IMG/VR virus record: IMGVR_UViG_3300020336_000481
Coordinates: 83,341 to 147,340 of that record
From: a virus
Lineage: Duplodnaviria > Caudoviricetes
Direction: 5' to 3' (one strand)
Length of the DNA stretch: 64,000 nt
This document shows positions 60,301-64,000 of this stretch, in pieces (the stretch's first letter is position 1; every line of letters starts with the position of its first letter). The position numbers were made by a program, and so were the translations under genes. The notes under the pieces were generated by a model. The model was not told where the DNA came from. It saw only the letters and a program-made list of their open reading frames with translations, and ran no database searches.

Positions 60301-61737
60301 ATGACAACAAGACAGAACACAGACTACGGATATGATATACAGAAGGTATATCTTGAAATGATGATGACAGATGCTGAGAGCTTTGTTAGATGTCAGGCTG
60401 TGTTTGATCCAGAAGCTTTTGATAGACGTTTGCATTCAACTGCAAAGTTCTTAAATGATTATGTAGTTGAACACAATGCATTGCCTACGTTTGATATAAT
60501 AAATGCGGCATGTCCTAGTGTTAAATTAGAGCATCCAGGTGACCTAGCAGAGAATCATTATGATTGGCTACTGCAAGACTTTGAAACATTTTCAAAACAC
60601 AAAGCATTAGAAAAAGCAATTCTCACAAGTGCTGACTTACTTGAAAAAGGCGAGTATGGTGCATGTGAAGATCTAGTCAAGAAAGCAGTACAGATTGGTC
60701 TACAAAAAGACTTGGGTACAGATTACTTTGCTGATCCAAGACAGCGACTAGAAAGCATCAAAGACAAGAACGGACAGATATCTACAGGGTGGCCGGTGTT
60801 GGATAGAAAATTATTTGGTGGGTTCAACAGAGGCGAGCTTAATATCTTTGCAGGTGGCTCAGGCAGTGGTAAGAGTTTGTTCTTGGCCAACTTGGGTGTT
60901 AACTTTGCACTAACAGGGTTGAACGTTGTGTACTTGACGTTTGAACTTTCAGAAGCACTTGTTAGTATGCGTGTTGACTCAATGACTACAGATATTCCAA
61001 GCAGAGACATTTTTAAAAGCATCGATGATGTTGAAATGAAAGTTAAAATGATTGGCAAGAAGAGTGGTGCATTCCAAGTCAAGTATATGCCCACAGGCAA
61101 GAACGCAAATGACATTAGAAGTTATTTGAAAGAGTATGAAATCAAAACAGGCAAGAAGATAGATGTGTTACTGGTAGACTATCTAGATCTAATGCATCCA
61201 ATTGCAACTAAGATATCAGCTGAGAACTTGTTTGTCAAAGACAAGTATGTGTCAGAAGAACTGCGTAACCTAGCCATGGAGCTCAACACAATCTTTGTAA
61301 CAGCGGCACAGTTGAATAGAAGCTCAGTAGAAGAAATTGAATTTGATCACTCGCACATATCGGGTGGTATAAGTAAGATCAATACAGCAGACAACTTGAT
61401 TGGTATCTTTACTAGTAGAGCTATGCGTGAGCGTGGTAGATATCAAATACAGTTGATGAAGACTAGAAGTAGTTCAGGTGTAGGACAAAAGATTGATCTA
61501 GAGTTTGATGTAGACAGCCTACGTATTAGAGATCTAGCTGAAGATGATGACGACACCAACAGTTATGGAACACGTACAAACAAAGTGTTTGATCAAATCA
61601 AACGTGGCAGCAGCACACCAGACCCGCAAGACAGTGTACATGATGATCCCAGCACAGGTGATACTGTGGGCAAGATTAGAGCAGAAACTGATTCAACCAA
61701 GTTGAAAAACTTTATCAATAATCTAGGAAGTGACTAA
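60301..61737 (+). CDS. Replicative DnaB-like helicase (gp41-like)
   Basis: GGSGSGKS, FEL, VDYLDLM, AQLNR, KTR. Confidence 0.9.
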   Translation: MTTRQNTDYGYDIQKVYLEMMMTDAESFVRCQAVFDPEAFDRRLHSTAKFLNDYVVEHNALPTFDIINAACPSVKLEHPGDLAENHYDWLLQDFETFSKHKALEKAILTSADLLEKGEYGACEDLVKKAVQIGLQKDLGTDYFADPRQRLESIKDKNGQISTGWPVLDRKLFGGFNRGELNIFAGGSGSGKSLFLANLGVNFALTGLNVVYLTFELSEALVSMRVDSMTTDIPSRDIFKSIDDVEMKVKMIGKKSGAFQVKYMPTGKNANDIRSYLKEYEIKTGKKIDVLLVDYLDLMHPIATKISAENLFVKDKYVSEELRNLAMELNTIFVTAAQLNRSSVEEIEFDHSHISGGISKINTADNLIGIFTSRAMRERGRYQIQLMKTRSSSGVGQKIDLEFDVDSLRIRDLAEDDDDTNSYGTRTNKVFDQIKRGSSTPDPQDSVHDDPSTGDTVGKIRAETDSTKLKNFINNLGSD

Positions 61738-61804
61738 ACCACTTTTTATTCGTTGACAACAAACACAGTCATAAATATTTCTAACACAACGGGAAAGGCC
61801 ATGT

Positions 61805-62227
61805 ATGTTAAGATCAATACAAACATTCGAACAACATCTAATTGAAGATGATCCTGTACGGCCACATATACCATACCAAGACAGAGTAGCACCCGGACGA
61901 AGCGTAGTAGTACTAGAACAATCAGGCACGCCTGCAGCAGTTCTATGTCTTGCTCTTTGTTCGCAAGTTCCTACCACAGAACAAGAACTCTATGACTATG
62001 CAGACACTAGAGGTGATGTACTGGTTGCATACACAGTGTGGAGTTATGTGCGAGGAGCAGGCAGAGAAATCATCAATCTAGCACGTGAAGCAGCAAGAGA
62101 CGAACACTGTGCTAGGTTGGTTACACTATCACCACTTACTGAAATGGCAGAGCGTTTTCATATTCGCAATGGTGCTAGGTTTGTGGCCAAGTATGAACAC
62201 TGTCAAAACTTTGAGTATGACATATGA
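61805..62227 (+). CDS. GNAT-fold protein with malonyl-CoA decarboxylase-like motifs
   Basis: YTVWS, RGAG, VTLSP, ERFHIRNGA. Confidence 0.55.
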   Translation: MLRSIQTFEQHLIEDDPVRPHIPYQDRVAPGRSVVVLEQSGTPAAVLCLALCSQVPTTEQELYDYADTRGDVLVAYTVWSYVRGAGREIINLAREAARDEHCARLVTLSPLTEMAERFHIRNGARFVAKYEHCQNFEYDI

Positions 62228-62475
62228 GAAAGCTTCTAGGATCATGCGAGTACAAGTGGACTCACGCTGAGACCAAAATGGAACACATGTGGGTCATGCG
62301 AGAACTAGGACAGGACCTATACAAGCAGTGCATAGCAGAGGGTTTTGAAATAGAACTAGAAAGAGCAGAGTCACCTACTCTGCCCGGGGACACCTACTGT
62401 AAAACACAAATATGGGTAACTGTACCCAATACCTATCAAGGCACACTGTTTGCACTCACTGTGGACACTGTTTAA
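62224..62475 (+). CDS. Hypothetical protein
   Basis: 83 aa ORF, ATGA overlap. Confidence 0.5.
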   Translation: MRKLLGSCEYKWTHAETKMEHMWVMRELGQDLYKQCIAEGFEIELERAESPTLPGDTYCKTQIWVTVPNTYQGTLFALTVDTV

Positions 62476-63040
62476 CAGCGTCTGTGATCACTGAATAGTT
62501 GTTGTACACTGCTACACCAGTTATCCATGTGGCGGTGTTGATTTCTTGAACAGTTATGTCTACTTGGCCATCTAGATTTTGATCCAGTTGTAACCAACCC
62601 ACGAGACTCTTCAGCAACAACATTTCTTCTAGACTGGGTTTAGGACTCAACAGAGGATTTAGTTCTACTACACAAGGATATGATGTGCCTTCCATTGTGG
62701 TGTACACATCAAGTGCATTCATCAGCACAAACAAACTTAGATGCTTTAGACTCAAAGGTTCGTTGATCTTAAGTCCATAAAAAGGATTGTCGCGAATCGC
62801 GTGAGCTTGTATCATCTGACTATCACGTGCCATTAGATCGTAATCAAACACTCGTTCAAGTGCATACTGTGGATTAAGTTGTGCTAGTTCTAGTCTAACA
62901 TCAACAGGTGGTATGTATGGTATGTATGGTGAAGGCACTTTAAGTGGTTGATCAAGTTCTAGCGTAAGTGGATCTGTTTCAAGAGTGTCTGCAAGTACTA
63001 TACTAGCACACACGAACCAACACACCATTAACAGTCTCAT
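62456..63040 (-). CDS. Hypothetical exported/membrane protein
   Basis: N-terminal signal-peptide-like segment; ELNP motif; TAAATA-N5-ATG. Confidence 0.55.
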   Translation of the reverse strand: MRLLMVCWFVCASIVLADTLETDPLTLELDQPLKVPSPYIPYIPPVDVRLELAQLNPQYALERVFDYDLMARDSQMIQAHAIRDNPFYGLKINEPLSLKHLSLFVLMNALDVYTTMEGTSYPCVVELNPLLSPKPSLEEMLLLKSLVGWLQLDQNLDGQVDITVQEINTATWITGVAVYNNYSVITDAVKQCPQ

Positions 63041-63050
63041 GCAAGTATTT

Positions 63051-63120
63051 AGCGGCGAAGCCGTCAGCGGCCCGCAACAGAAGCCGCGAAGCGGTAAGCA
63101 ATAGTGCGTAGCACTAGCGG
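63051..63120 (+). repeat. Cluster of GC-GNA-GC mini-hairpins and AGCGG repeats
   Basis: CGGC-GAA-GCCG, CCGC-GAA-GCGG, TAGTGC-GTA-GCACTA; AGCGG x4. Confidence 0.75.
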
Positions 63121-63262
63121 TTTAAGCAAAAATTTAAGTCTCGCACACAACTATACATATCACCGCATACAAGTTCAGTTCTTGTTGACCCATAACGACA
63201 CACCAGTTGCAATGCTATGCATTAGTCCTTAAACAATGATTAGCAAAAAGATGGTTCTCTTG

Positions 63263-63481
63263 TTAGGTTGTTGAGTCTACAATAAGTGTATACAGTGGTG
63301 AGTTGCTGAGTGCTAGTAGTGCATACTCTCTATCCCTCTCTGACTCAAACACTAGCACATCGCATGAAGGTTGTGTAGTGTTTATATTGCGTAACAACAA
63401 CAATGATCCTGCACAATGAGTGTGTATGTCTTGTATCTGTTCACTTTCTCGCTTGTAAACAAATCGTAATGGATAGCTCAT
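63263..63481 (-). CDS. Small hypothetical protein
   Basis: Start moved to MSYPLRF (TAAGTA-N5-ATG). Confidence 0.45.
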   Translation of the reverse strand: MSYPLRFVYKRESEQIQDIHTHCAGSLLLLRNINTTQPSCDVLVFESERDREYALLALSNSPLYTLIVDSTT

Positions 63482-63511
63482 ACTATTACTTACGTTCAAA
63501 TAAATATGTGT

Positions 63512-63859
63512 ATGAGTAAACTGGCACATGTTAAAAAATATATAGGTGTATACCTAACTCTATTGATTTTGCCTTTTATGTTTGGATGGGGCGTTGATGA
63601 AGATCATCCAATATGGGTATGGTGGATAGCATTTGGTCTTATTGTATTGAAAACTCCTCCTTATAGCGTTAGTGATCGTTTTTGGGGAGCCTACACAAGA
63701 TTATTAGAATGGATATTGGGACCACTACTCGCTAGTATAAAGAAGTGGCCTTGGTGGGCTAGAAGCATATTTGCTGTAGTTGTGTTCTACTGTACTGAAA
63801 CGTATATACTCGCGCCATTAGGTTATACTATGTTGCCATGGAGAATGGACTTCGGTTAG
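63512..63859 (+). CDS. Trp-rich membrane protein
   Basis: Several hydrophobic segments; TAAATA-N5-ATG. Confidence 0.55.
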   Translation: MSKLAHVKKYIGVYLTLLILPFMFGWGVDEDHPIWVWWIAFGLIVLKTPPYSVSDRFWGAYTRLLEWILGPLLASIKKWPWWARSIFAVVVFYCTETYILAPLGYTMLPWRMDFG

Positions 63860-64000
63860 AGCTAAAGCTCTACACACTCGCTAGTCGCTTGTGTGTGCCG
63901 CTTACGCGAAATGGGTTCTAGGACCAAAAAAAATAGATTACAAAAAATTTAGGTGAAGTACTTACAGATCCGTGGTGGTGATTTTGCCTCTATGGAGTTT

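Noticed and set aside
34344-61737. Inteins or introns in terminase, UvsX, UvsW, primase or helicase
   Set aside because: Lengths are ordinary and motifs contiguous; no splicing motifs seen
364-62270. Many short antisense or alternate-frame ORFs in the track (e.g. 364-879, 1167-1634, 15804-16313, 26724-27023, 60723-61115)
   Set aside because: Nested in well-supported genes, with no RBS or motifs; typical shadow ORFs
63041-63262. tRNA or CRISPR array in the GC-rich intergenic region
   Set aside because: No cloverleaf or T-loop motif; no equal repeats with spacers
1-64000. Stop-codon reassignment
   Set aside because: Core genes are full length in the standard code and end in TAA, TAG and TGA

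Overview
64 kb of an AT-rich, T4-related large myovirus genome, probably aquatic, with a Gram-negative host inferred from kdsA/kdsB. Standard genetic code. Order: tail fibre/adhesin genes (1-6.8 kb); a tailoring-enzyme cassette with a U32-methyltransferase fusion, flavin halogenase, two 2OG-Fe(II) oxygenases and a J-domain protein (6.8-15 kb); two fibres with cupredoxin-type motifs flanking a subtilase (15-20 kb); neck, tail sheath/tube, head completion, terminase and probable internal head proteins (21-38 kb); SSB, UvsX/RecA, UvsY (38.5-41.3 kb); a glyco-island with glycosyl- and methyltransferases, four KpsC/KpsS-like proteins and KdsA-KdsB, interrupted by UvsW (41.3-54.5 kb); a zinc-finger gene coupled to a 186-aa miniature DnaE; primase, carbamoyltransferase, DnaB-like helicase (57-62 kb); and small genes around a GC-rich mini-hairpin cluster. 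Best leads: (i) a CMP-Kdo synthesis plus putative Kdo-transferase system, (ii) the mini C-family polymerase, (iii) the fibre-adjacent hydroxylation/halogenation/methylation cassette, (iv) systematic leaderless promoter geometry (TAAATA-N5-ATG), (v) a likely -1 frameshift at an A9 run, (vi) a mini malonyl-CoA-decarboxylase-like protein. No tRNA, rRNA, CRISPR array, integrase or transposase was recognised. All protein calls are motif recognition by eye; no database searches were run.
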